In this document: piece after piece, positions 44,548 to 52,891 of the stretch
Position numbering within the stretch: position 1 is the stretch's first letter
Layout of the letters: each line of letters begins with the position of its first letter
Translations under genes and position numbers: made by a program
Assembly (NCBI GenBank): GCA_963775505.1
Contig: CAVZIL010000009.1
Location: forward strand, 43,987 to 107,986
Reading direction: 5' to 3'
DNA from: an uncultured Actinomycetes bacterium
Lineage (GTDB): Bacteria > Actinomycetota > Thermoleophilia > Gaiellales > Gaiellaceae
DNA length: 64,000 nucleotides
Notes under the pieces: model-generated
Databases searched by the model: none
Seen by the model: the letters and a program-made list of their open reading frames with translations, nothing else
What the model was told of the DNA's origin: nothing

Positions 44548-47500
44548 TGGCCACCGCCGCCTTGGCCAAGCCCACAGAGGCCGAGCGGGCCGCTCCGCTC
44601 GAGCCGTACAAGGGGCTGGCGCCATACCTCGAATCCGACTCCGATCTCTTCTTCGGCCGGGAGCGAGAAACGGAGATCATCTGCGCCAACTTGATGGCGG
44701 CCCGGTTGACGCTGCTCTACGGAGAGAGCGGCGTCGGGAAGAGCTCCGTCCTGCTTGCGGGAGCCGCCCACCAGCTGCGTGAGGAAGCGCGCCGGTACAG
44801 AGAGGAGCACGGACGCCCCGATTTTGCCGTGGTCGTCTACCGGACGTGGCGCGACAACCCGGTGGAAGGCCTCATCGCCGAGATTCGCCGGGCTGTGTCC
44901 GAGCTGATCGCGGACGACGACGCGGCCGAGAGCCTGGAGGGCGGCACCCTTGCCGACCTTCTCCGTGCCGCCGCCGATCGCCTGGACGGCGACGTTCTCG
45001 TCATTCTCGACCAGTTCGACGAGTACTTCCTCTACCACGGAACCGAAGACGGAGAGGACACGTTCGCCGTTCAGTTTCCGCAGGCGGTCAACGAGGGGGG
45101 CCTGCGCGCGAACTTCCTCGTCTCCATGCGCGAGGACACCGTCGCGAAGCTCGATCGCTTCAAAGGCCGTATCCCCTTCCTCTTCGACAACCGTCTTCGG
45201 ATCGACCACCTGGGCATCGGGGCAGCCCGTGAGGCGATCGAGCGCCCGATTGCCGCGTTCAACGAAAGGGCGAATCTGCCTGACAAGGTCGAGATCGAGC
45301 CGGCGCTGGTCGAGGAGATCCTGAGACAGATCGGCGGGCGGGATGTTGCGCTGACGCCGGCCGGAGCGGTCGAGGTGAGCAAGGCCCCGACGGCTTCGAA
45401 CGGAGATCGAGTCCAGGCCCCATACCTCCAGATCGTCCTGAGGCGGATCTGGCTCGAGGAGGTCAAGGAAGGATCGAGCGTGCTGCGCGCGGACACGCTC
45501 GAGCGTCTCGGCGGCGCCGAGAACATCGTCCGTACGCGGTTTGCCGAGGTGATGGGCTCGCTGACGCCGAGCGAGCGCGAAACGGCGGCCGATGTCTTTC
45601 GCTTCCTCGTCACCAGATCCGGCACGAAGGTCGCCCACTCGGCGGCCGACCTCGCCGATTTCACCGACCTCGACGAGGGCCAGGTCGCGGCCGTCCTCGC
45701 GCACATGGCCGATCAGGACATACGGCTGCTGCGCCCCGTTCAGCCGGCGTCCGGGGCCGAGGACGGGACGCGCTACGAGATCGCGCACGACATCATCGGG
45801 CCCGCGATCCTCGCGTGGCGTACGCACTACGAGCAGGAGAAGCGCCAGCACCGCGAACGACGGAAGACGCGCATTTGGGCGGGGACGGCGCTCGCCTCGT
45901 TGCTCCTGTGCGCCGGCGTAGCGCTTCTCGGGATCTGGGCCTGGCAGCAGAAGGAGGAGGCCGACGACGCGACCGTGCAGGCCGATGCGGCCGAGCTTGC
46001 CGCGCGAGCGCGGGCGGTCCGGAACGAAGATCCTGCCCGGGCCGTCGGACTTGCGCTCGAGGCGCTGGAAGCAAACGAGAAGAGCGGCCAAGCGGAGGAC
46101 GTCCTCCGCGAAGCTCTACCCGCGTTCCGCGCGCGCCGCATCATCAGCGATGTCGGGGATCCCGCGGCCGCTGCGATCAGCGGCTCTGCGGGGCGGCCGC
46201 TGCTAGCGCTTCCGACGGAGGATCAAGCCATGCGCATCGTCGACGCCGAGACCGGAGAGGACGCTTCGGTCCTTGCTGAGCCGGGCGACGTCTTCACCTC
46301 GTCGTTCAGCGCGGACGCGAGTCGGCTCGTCACGACACCCCTAGGCGGCACGGCCACCCTCTGGGACACCGAGAGCGGCAACGAGATCAGCCGCCTGCCT
46401 GGAGCCGACACGGTCTATGTAGTGGCGTTCGATCCGTCGGGGAACTCCATCGTCGGAACGGACCTCGACGGAGGACTGAATCTCTGGAACGGAGAATCGG
46501 GCGCGCAGCTCGACCAGAAGGACGCAACTTCCGAGGGCGGGGTCGTCTGGAGCCTGAGCTTCAGTGATGACGGAAGCCGACTCGCCACCGTGAGCTCGGA
46601 TACCACAGACAACGTCCGCCTGTGGTTCGTGTCGGCCACGGGCCTTCAGGAAAGCGGGAGGATTCCGACTGCCTTCGAAGGGCAGGAAGGGGCCGAGCGG
46701 GAAGCGGACGCGACGTCCGTCCCCTTCACGGCGGCTGCGCTCGACCCGGCGGGCACGCGCCTCGTGACTGCGGACGAGAATGGGCGGGTGCAAGTCTGGG
46801 ATGCAGCGACCCGCGCGCCGGAACGGATGCTTGCAGGAGCCGTGGGTGAGACGTCGGACCTCGCCTTCAGCCCAGACGGAAAGCTCGTCGCGGCCGCTCA
46901 GGACAAGGTCGTGCGCGTGTGGAGGGTTGCGACCGGGGAGCGTCTGGCAGAGATGCAGGGACACCAGGACTGGGTCAACGTGGTGGAGTTCCGGCCCGAC
47001 GGCGAGAACGTCCTGAGCGCCAGCTCGGACGGCACAGCGCGCGTGTGGGAGGCGCGGACCGGGCTTCCCGTTCTCGAGCTGAGGGGCCACCACGGGGCGA
47101 TCGTCATGGTGGACTACCTGGCGGGCGAGAAGCTGGCGGCGACGGTGAGCGAGGATGGAACGGTGCGGACCTGGGACGTCGAGACCGGGATCGAGCTGCG
47201 CGGCCATCGCGATTGGGTTCTAGACGCGACCTACAACTCGGACGGCACGCTCTTGGCGACGGTCGGCTCCGACGGGCGGCTGGTCACCTGGGACCCGATA
47301 ACCCACGAGCGCCAAGATGCAACGGAGGCGGGCCTCAGTTCGAGCGCGGTGAACACCGTCGAATTCAGCCCCGACGGGCGAATCCTGACCGGAGCGGACG
47401 ACGGGACCGCCGCCCTCTGGGATCCCGAGACCCTCGACTACGACTCACAGGTCTACCACGGGGACAGAGTCACCGGGGCGTCGTTCAACCCGGACGGCGA

Positions 47501-48152
47501 TCGCATCGTGACGTCGAGCACCGACGGGACAGTCCGCGTCTGGGATCCTGCAGAGCCGGACGAGCAGCTCTTCGACCTGCAGGCGGCCGGCCTGGAGCAG
47601 ACGACTCACGACGGTCCCGTGCTCGACGCCCGCTTCAGCCCTGACGGGACTCGGATCGTGACCGTCGGCGCCGACGAGCTGGCCCGCGTGTGGTCGAGTG
47701 ATGGTCGCGAGCTCGGGAAGTTCGAAGGTCACGACGGAATCGTGTGGCGGGTTTCCTTCAATCCCGACGATCCAGAGCTGGTCGTGACCGGCAGCCGGGA
47801 CCGGACGGCCCGAATCTGGAACACCGAGGATCCGAGCGAGCAGATCGCGAAGATCGAGCAGCCGGAGGCCGTGACAAGCGTCGCGTTCAGCCCCGACGGA
47901 GAGCTGGTCGTCACCGGCAGCCCAGGGGGCGTGACCCGGGTCTGGGACTGGAGACCCGTGAAGCTCCTGGCTGTAATGCGCATGCACGGCGACTACATCA
48001 ACTCCGCTGAGTTCAGCCCTGACCAGAGGCTCATCGTTACGGCGAGCGACGACCGCACGCTGAAGCTCTATCCCTGTGAGGTCTGCGCGGGGCTCGAGAC
48101 GCTCGAGCGCATGGCGCGAGAACAGACCGCTGCCTTGCGCCCGGCCCCCTAG
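44547..48152 (+). CDS. nSTAND-type P-loop NTPase - single TM helix - WD40 repeat protein (1201 aa)
   Basis: PYKGLAPYLESDSDLFFGRERE leader, Walker A GESGVGKSS, and Walker B LVILDQFDE. The TM helix IWAGTALASLLLCAGVALLGIWAW (nt 45873-45944) has RERRKTR before it and QQKEEADD after. About 14 WD40-like blades follow (VRVWD, ARVWE, ARIWN, TRVWD) and a CEVC tail. Confidence 0.85.
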   Translation: MATAALAKPTEAERAAPLEPYKGLAPYLESDSDLFFGRERETEIICANLMAARLTLLYGESGVGKSSVLLAGAAHQLREEARRYREEHGRPDFAVVVYRTWRDNPVEGLIAEIRRAVSELIADDDAAESLEGGTLADLLRAAADRLDGDVLVILDQFDEYFLYHGTEDGEDTFAVQFPQAVNEGGLRANFLVSMREDTVAKLDRFKGRIPFLFDNRLRIDHLGIGAAREAIERPIAAFNERANLPDKVEIEPALVEEILRQIGGRDVALTPAGAVEVSKAPTASNGDRVQAPYLQIVLRRIWLEEVKEGSSVLRADTLERLGGAENIVRTRFAEVMGSLTPSERETAADVFRFLVTRSGTKVAHSAADLADFTDLDEGQVAAVLAHMADQDIRLLRPVQPASGAEDGTRYEIAHDIIGPAILAWRTHYEQEKRQHRERRKTRIWAGTALASLLLCAGVALLGIWAWQQKEEADDATVQADAAELAARARAVRNEDPARAVGLALEALEANEKSGQAEDVLREALPAFRARRIISDVGDPAAAAISGSAGRPLLALPTEDQAMRIVDAETGEDASVLAEPGDVFTSSFSADASRLVTTPLGGTATLWDTESGNEISRLPGADTVYVVAFDPSGNSIVGTDLDGGLNLWNGESGAQLDQKDATSEGGVVWSLSFSDDGSRLATVSSDTTDNVRLWFVSATGLQESGRIPTAFEGQEGAEREADATSVPFTAAALDPAGTRLVTADENGRVQVWDAATRAPERMLAGAVGETSDLAFSPDGKLVAAAQDKVVRVWRVATGERLAEMQGHQDWVNVVEFRPDGENVLSASSDGTARVWEARTGLPVLELRGHHGAIVMVDYLAGEKLAATVSEDGTVRTWDVETGIELRGHRDWVLDATYNSDGTLLATVGSDGRLVTWDPITHERQDATEAGLSSSAVNTVEFSPDGRILTGADDGTAALWDPETLDYDSQVYHGDRVTGASFNPDGDRIVTSSTDGTVRVWDPAEPDEQLFDLQAAGLEQTTHDGPVLDARFSPDGTRIVTVGADELARVWSSDGRELGKFEGHDGIVWRVSFNPDDPELVVTGSRDRTARIWNTEDPSEQIAKIEQPEAVTSVAFSPDGELVVTGSPGGVTRVWDWRPVKLLAVMRMHGDYINSAEFSPDQRLIVTASDDRTLKLYPCEVCAGLETLERMAREQTAALRPAP

Positions 48153-48844
48153 GCCTTGTCGATCGCCTTCTGAAACCGGACTCCTTCCTCGTCGAGCGTC
48201 GTGATCAGCTCGACGAGGTTGTGCTGGAGCTCGCGGAGGCGCGGGCTCGGCTCGTCCGCCACGGCGTCGACGTCGCGGCGAAGCGACTCGAACCACCGCT
48301 CGAACGCCGAATCGGCGCTCTTCTCGACGAAGGTCGCGTAGCCCAGGCAGAGCCGCTCCCCGTCTTCGACCACGATCATCCGCTCGCCGATCGCGTTTTG
48401 CTCGCCGCGCCAGATCATGAACGGCCGGCCAAGCTCCGCGCGATCGGACGCGAACGTCTCACGGACGTCGTGGAGGAGCATCGACACGCGCCGAGTCGAC
48501 GCTTCCTCCTGGAACCGGAGGAACTGCACCTCTCTGCGAAGGATCTCGGTCCACGCGAAGTACTGCCCGATGAGGTAGAGCGTGTGGTCGACGGCGTACT
48601 GGCGACTGCCCTCCCGGTCGGTCGCGTAGTACTTCCCCAGGAAGTCCTGCCGCAGGATGTTGTAGAGGCGTGACTGCAGGTCGTAGGCGGCGAGGATGAG
48701 CGGCTCGCGGTACTTCGCGAGGATCTCGCTTGCCTTCTGCTCCTTCTCCGTGCGGGCAAGCTGGATCTGTCCGTACAGCGACAGACTCGCGCTCAGCATG
48801 GCACCGAGGAGCGCGATGATCGCGACGATGATCGCCGCATCCAT
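48149..48844 (-). CDS. Membrane-anchored hypothetical protein
   Basis: N-terminal TM (MDAAIIVAIIALLGAMLSASLSLYG) followed by a roughly 200-aa soluble helical domain with no motif I recognise. The start may be 48844, 48853 or 48880. The stop overlaps the STAND stop in the palindrome CTAG. Confidence 0.55.
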   Translation of the reverse strand: MDAAIIVAIIALLGAMLSASLSLYGQIQLARTEKEQKASEILAKYREPLILAAYDLQSRLYNILRQDFLGKYYATDREGSRQYAVDHTLYLIGQYFAWTEILRREVQFLRFQEEASTRRVSMLLHDVRETFASDRAELGRPFMIWRGEQNAIGERMIVVEDGERLCLGYATFVEKSADSAFERWFESLRRDVDAVADEPSPRLRELQHNLVELITTLDEEGVRFQKAIDKA

Positions 48845-48939
48845 CGGAGCCATCATCCCAGGAGACCTCGCCCCAGGCAACGCCCCGACAACTCGCCGTC
48901 GGCGAGGGACCGCCCGAGGCGGTGTGCATAGTCCCGGGG

Positions 48940-50844
48940 ATGCGCGTCGTCGCCCTCATCGCCGCCCTCGCCTCGGCGCTCGCCCTTCCCGGTCTCGCCG
49001 GCGCCCAGGCGGAGGAGGAGCTGGCCGAGCGGTACGCGCCCGTCGTTCGGCTCGTGGAGCAGGATGAGGAGTGCGGGCCAGGCGAGCCCTACGACCCGAT
49101 CGACATCGACGCGATCCTCGATGAGGACACGGTCTCGCTGCGAGGCCCGTGGCGCAGCAACGACCTCGTCACGATCGCTCCGTCTGCCGACGATCTCGGC
49201 CGCGGGCTCTACGAGTACAACCTTGACTTTCCCGGCGACGCCCTGAACCCGGGCTGCGACTACGAGCGCTGGGCTCGACGCATCAGCGAGGGCACCGAGC
49301 CGACCGTCTACGCCCACGTCGCGCTGGAGGCAGCCCATCCCGGCAGGCTCGGGCTCCAGTACTGGTTCTACTACCCGTTCAACGACTGGAACAACCTGCA
49401 CGAGGGCGACTGGGAGATGATCCAGATCGTCTTCCCGGCGGGGAGCGCCGAGGACGCCCTCGAGACGGAGCCGCTCGAGGTCGGCTACAGCCAGCACGAG
49501 GGCGCCGAGCGAGCCGAGTGGGGGGAGGAAAAGCTCGAGCTCGTCGACGGCAGCCACCCGGTCGTCTACCCGGCAGCGGGCTCGCACGCGAACTTCTACT
49601 CCGAGGGCCTCCACCTCGGGCGCTCGGGCGAGCAGGGAGTCGGCTGCGACGACACTACCGGCCCGCACGAGGAGCTTCGGCCGGCCACGCTGACGATCCC
49701 GAGCGACCCCTCGGCGGCGCAGGCTGCCTTCCCGTGGATCGCCTTCGAGGGTCGCTGGGGCGAGCGCCAGCAGGCGTTCTACAACGGTCCCACCGGGCCG
49801 AATCTGAAGACGCAGTGGGCTGAGCCGGTCACCTGGGCGGAGGACTGGCGCGACCGCAGCTACGCCGTGCCGGCGGGCGGCGCCTTCGGAACCGACGCGA
49901 CGGACTTCTTCTGCAGCGCGGTCGAGGCCGGGTCGAACTTCGTCGTCCGCGCGGTGGACAACGGCGTCCGGCTCGCGCTCGTGCTCGGCGTCCTCGCCGC
50001 CGCGCTGATCTTCCTGGTGACCCGGACTTCGTGGCGGCCGTCCACGCCGCTCAGCGCACGCCGCCGACGCTCGTGGGGCCAGACCTTCACGGCCTCGTGG
50101 CGCCTCTACCGGCTGCGCCCGAAGCTCTTCCTCGGGATCGGGCTCGTCGTCATCCCGATCTCGGTCGTCATCACCGGGCTCCAGATCCTGCTCTTCTCGG
50201 CGACCTCGCTCGTCGGGATCGACCCCGACGGGGAGGGCGGCGGCTTCCGAGTCGGCCTCGGCGTGTGGCTCGGGACGGTGCTGACGCTCCTCGCCCTCGC
50301 CCTCGTCCAGGCCGCGTGCGCCCGGGCGATCGCCGAGATCGACGCCGGAAAGGAGATCGGCGTCCGCGAGGCGTACCGCCTCGCGTTCGACAGCGTCTGG
50401 GAGCTGCTCCGCGCGTTGGCGGTCGCCGTCGCGGTCGTCACCGTGCTCAGCGTCTCGATCTTCCTCCTGCCGATCGCGATCTGGCTCGCCGTCCGCTGGG
50501 CGCTGATCGTCCCCGTCGTCGAGCTCGAGGAGCACGGCGGACTCGCCGCGCTGCGCCGGAGCGGATGTCTCGTCCGCCTGCAGTGGCTCAAGGTCGGCAC
50601 CCTCGTCGTCGCCGCGGCGGCGCTGGCGATCGTGATGGGGCCGTTCCTCGGCGCGCTCCTGATCCTCCTCGTTGACGCTCCGTTCGGGCTCGTCAACGTC
50701 CTGGCCGGCCTGATCTACGCGGTGGCGATGCCGTTCGTCGGCATCGCGACGACGTACGTCTACTACGACACGCTCGTCCGCGAGCGCATTGACGAGGCCG
50801 AGCCGCCGCCGACGGTGCTGCCGGCGGAGATCCCGACGTCGTAA
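48940..50844 (+). CDS. Exported Vps62/DUF946-like domain fused to a polytopic membrane domain
   Basis: Signal peptide MRVVALIAALASALALPGLAGAQA. The YAPVVRL...YWFYYPFNDWNNLHEGDWEMIQIVF...GSHANFY pattern resembles Vps62-like proteins. The C-terminal 250 aa or so have several hydrophobic helices. Confidence 0.6.
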   Translation: MRVVALIAALASALALPGLAGAQAEEELAERYAPVVRLVEQDEECGPGEPYDPIDIDAILDEDTVSLRGPWRSNDLVTIAPSADDLGRGLYEYNLDFPGDALNPGCDYERWARRISEGTEPTVYAHVALEAAHPGRLGLQYWFYYPFNDWNNLHEGDWEMIQIVFPAGSAEDALETEPLEVGYSQHEGAERAEWGEEKLELVDGSHPVVYPAAGSHANFYSEGLHLGRSGEQGVGCDDTTGPHEELRPATLTIPSDPSAAQAAFPWIAFEGRWGERQQAFYNGPTGPNLKTQWAEPVTWAEDWRDRSYAVPAGGAFGTDATDFFCSAVEAGSNFVVRAVDNGVRLALVLGVLAAALIFLVTRTSWRPSTPLSARRRRSWGQTFTASWRLYRLRPKLFLGIGLVVIPISVVITGLQILLFSATSLVGIDPDGEGGGFRVGLGVWLGTVLTLLALALVQAACARAIAEIDAGKEIGVREAYRLAFDSVWELLRALAVAVAVVTVLSVSIFLLPIAIWLAVRWALIVPVVELEEHGGLAALRRSGCLVRLQWLKVGTLVVAAAALAIVMGPFLGALLILLVDAPFGLVNVLAGLIYAVAMPFVGIATTYVYYDTLVRERIDEAEPPPTVLPAEIPTS

Positions 50845-50880
50845 TCGCGTCCCCCTGGATGACGAGTCCTGGGCGAAGCG

Positions 50881-51408
50881 CTAGAGCTTTGCCACCGTGT
50901 CGCCGACCCGCACCGTGCCCGGGGTCACGACGCGCGCGTTCATTCCGCGGAGTCGCAGCTCGCGGCCTTCACCTTTGTTGACGAGCTTCACCGCATCCGA
51001 CCCGAACCGCGCGCTGAACTTGGCGCAGCCCGTGTGCGGCACGTCGCTGACCTCGATGACCGCGTCGCCGACCGCGAGCTGTGTGCCGGGAGGGAGGTTC
51101 TCGACGCTGAGGTCGAGGTCGACATAGAGCTGGTCGCCGGCAAGCGGCCACCGCTCGCGGCCTCGGGCCACCAGCTGCGCGAGGCGCGAGTTCATCAGCG
51201 TCAGCTGGGAGTCGTTCGTGGGCGACGAGCCCAGGTGCCACCGGTCGCCGACGAGCCCGACGACGAGGTCGAGCTCGCCCTCCACGAGCACCTCGCGCTC
51301 ATCGACTGCCGGCCGGCGGACGATGAGCTCGAGCGTCCCGCGGTCGAGCGGAGACGAGCGGACGTGCTCCAGGCCGGCAGTGAGCTCGACGGCGGTCGCG
51401 TGCTCCAT
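50881..51408 (-). CDS. MOSC domain protein
   Basis: C-terminal PHTGCAKFSARFG...GMNARVVTPGTVRVGD pattern. Confidence 0.8.
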   Translation of the reverse strand: MEHATAVELTAGLEHVRSSPLDRGTLELIVRRPAVDEREVLVEGELDLVVGLVGDRWHLGSSPTNDSQLTLMNSRLAQLVARGRERWPLAGDQLYVDLDLSVENLPPGTQLAVGDAVIEVSDVPHTGCAKFSARFGSDAVKLVNKGEGRELRLRGMNARVVTPGTVRVGDTVAKL

Positions 51409-51418
51409 CGCCCGAAGC

Positions 51419-52042
51419 CTAGTCTGCGGACGGGTGGACGAGCGGGACGGCCCCCTTCCATCCGGTGCCGAGCACCGTGACGAGCGAAGGAGGCGTGATC
51501 AGGCGCACCGCGCCGTCGCGGGGGCCCGGTCGCGGAGCCGTATAGCCGGCCGGGGTCCAGGCCCGTAGCCGTTCGCCAAGGACGAGCAGCGGCTCGCGCT
51601 CGACAAGCACAAAGGCGCCGTCCGGGAGCTCGCTGAGCTCGGCCTCGTGCAGGCGGCGCTTCCTGGAATTCGTGTCGAGCCGCTCCTCCTGGAGCTGGGC
51701 GTCGACCGCGTCAGCGGCCACCTGGCCCGGATGGAGCTCCTGCCAGATCTCCGAGAAGCGGAGGTAGTCCTCCCGCCGGCACAGCGCGCAGGGGCGGTGG
51801 CCGGCCGCGAACGCCGTCGCCTCGTCGAGGAAGAAGAGCTCGGTGAAGAGCCCCGGCTGGAGCAACGGCCCGCGTCGCCAGCCCTTGAACTCGAGCCGGC
51901 AGGCGATCCAGCGCCTGGTCGGGAAGCGGCGGCGGATCCGCCCGGTCGCGTCGTGCAGGCAGCCGCGGTTCCCGTAGACGAGCCCGCGGGCGGGGTGCGC
52001 GATCAGCTCGCCGAGCGGCGTGACCCGGTTCTGGAGCGCCAT
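51419..52042 (-). CDS. Hypothetical protein with Ada-like GxRPCxxC motif
   Basis: ATG at 52042. AFAAGHRPCALCRRED resembles the Ada-type metal-binding motif. Otherwise unassigned. Confidence 0.5.
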   Translation of the reverse strand: MALQNRVTPLGELIAHPARGLVYGNRGCLHDATGRIRRRFPTRRWIACRLEFKGWRRGPLLQPGLFTELFFLDEATAFAAGHRPCALCRREDYLRFSEIWQELHPGQVAADAVDAQLQEERLDTNSRKRRLHEAELSELPDGAFVLVEREPLLVLGERLRAWTPAGYTAPRPGPRDGAVRLITPPSLVTVLGTGWKGAVPLVHPSAD

Positions 52043-52105
52043 TGCCGCAGGGTAGGGGAGAGGCGCTCGACGGGCCGCCGGTGTGTGAAAAGCTCTAGGC
52101 CGCCC

Positions 52106-52891
52106 ATGCAGTCCGGCAAGCCGCAGACCCCCGTGACCCACATCGCGCAGGCCTACCCCGACCGGGTGGAGGTACGCGGCCGCGACCTGACCGGCGACCT
52201 GATGGGAAGGCTCAGCTTCACGGAGTACTTCCACCTCCTCCTCACGGGGCGCGAGCCGACCCCGGAGCAGCGCGACTTCCTCGACGTGCTCCTCGTCGCC
52301 ATCGCCGAGCACGGGATGATGCCGACCAACGTCGCGGCCCGCATGACGCTCGCCGCCGATCCAGGCTCGCTGCAGGGCGCGGTGGCGGCGGGGATCCTCG
52401 GTGCGGGGCCCGTGGTTCTCGGCACGTCGGAGGAGTGCGCGCGGTTGCTCGCGGCGGCGCAGCAGCGAGTCGAGGCGGGCGCCGGCCCGGCACGGGTCGC
52501 CCAGGAGATGGTCGCTGAGCTCCGCGCGTCCGGTGAGAAGGTGCCCGGGTTCGGGCATCCGGTCCACCGGCCGCTTGACCCGCGCGCCGAGCGCATCCTC
52601 GAGCTCGCGGACGCGCGCGGGGTGAGCGGGCCCCACGTCCTGCTGGCGCGCTGCTTCCGCGACGCCGTCGCCGAGGCCCGGGGGAAGCCGCTGACGATGA
52701 ACGTCGCGATGCCGAGCGCCGCGGTGATGCTCGATCTCGGCTTTACGCCCGCCGCTGTCAAGGCGGTGCCGATCCTGGCTCGAACGGCCGGCCTGCTCGC
52801 TCATCTCGCCGAGGAGCGAGAGCATCCGATCGGCTTTCTCCTTGCGGCGAAGGCGGAAGAGTCGATCGAGTACGAGCCGTCTCCGGAGTGA
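52106..52891 (+). CDS. Citryl-CoA lyase-like protein (citrate synthase superfamily, short form)
   Basis: ATG at 52106. AEHGMMPTNVAARM and VPGFGHPVHRPLDPRA are citrate-synthase-type motifs. Confidence 0.7.
   Translation: MQSGKPQTPVTHIAQAYPDRVEVRGRDLTGDLMGRLSFTEYFHLLLTGREPTPEQRDFLDVLLVAIAEHGMMPTNVAARMTLAADPGSLQGAVAAGILGAGPVVLGTSEECARLLAAAQQRVEAGAGPARVAQEMVAELRASGEKVPGFGHPVHRPLDPRAERILELADARGVSGPHVLLARCFRDAVAEARGKPLTMNVAMPSAAVMLDLGFTPAAVKAVPILARTAGLLAHLAEEREHPIGFLLAAKAEESIEYEPSPE

Noticed and set aside
42874-46091. Two long minus-strand ORFs (583 aa and 533 aa) antisense to the DUF459, SIR2 and STAND genes.
   Set aside because: They have no motifs and a composition typical of antisense frames. 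The plus-strand genes have strong domain signatures. I therefore do not treat them as hidden components of the candidate system.
43480-48940. The SIR2/STAND/orphan segment as a mobile genomic island.
   Set aside because: I saw no integrase, transposase, tRNA attachment site or flanking direct repeats. The only hint is an apparent compositional difference, which needs computing.
48853-50535. 560-aa minus-strand ORF antisense to the Vps62-like gene.
   Set aside because: The product is Asp/Arg/Glu/Gly-rich and low in complexity, with no TM or domain logic, so it is a shadow ORF.
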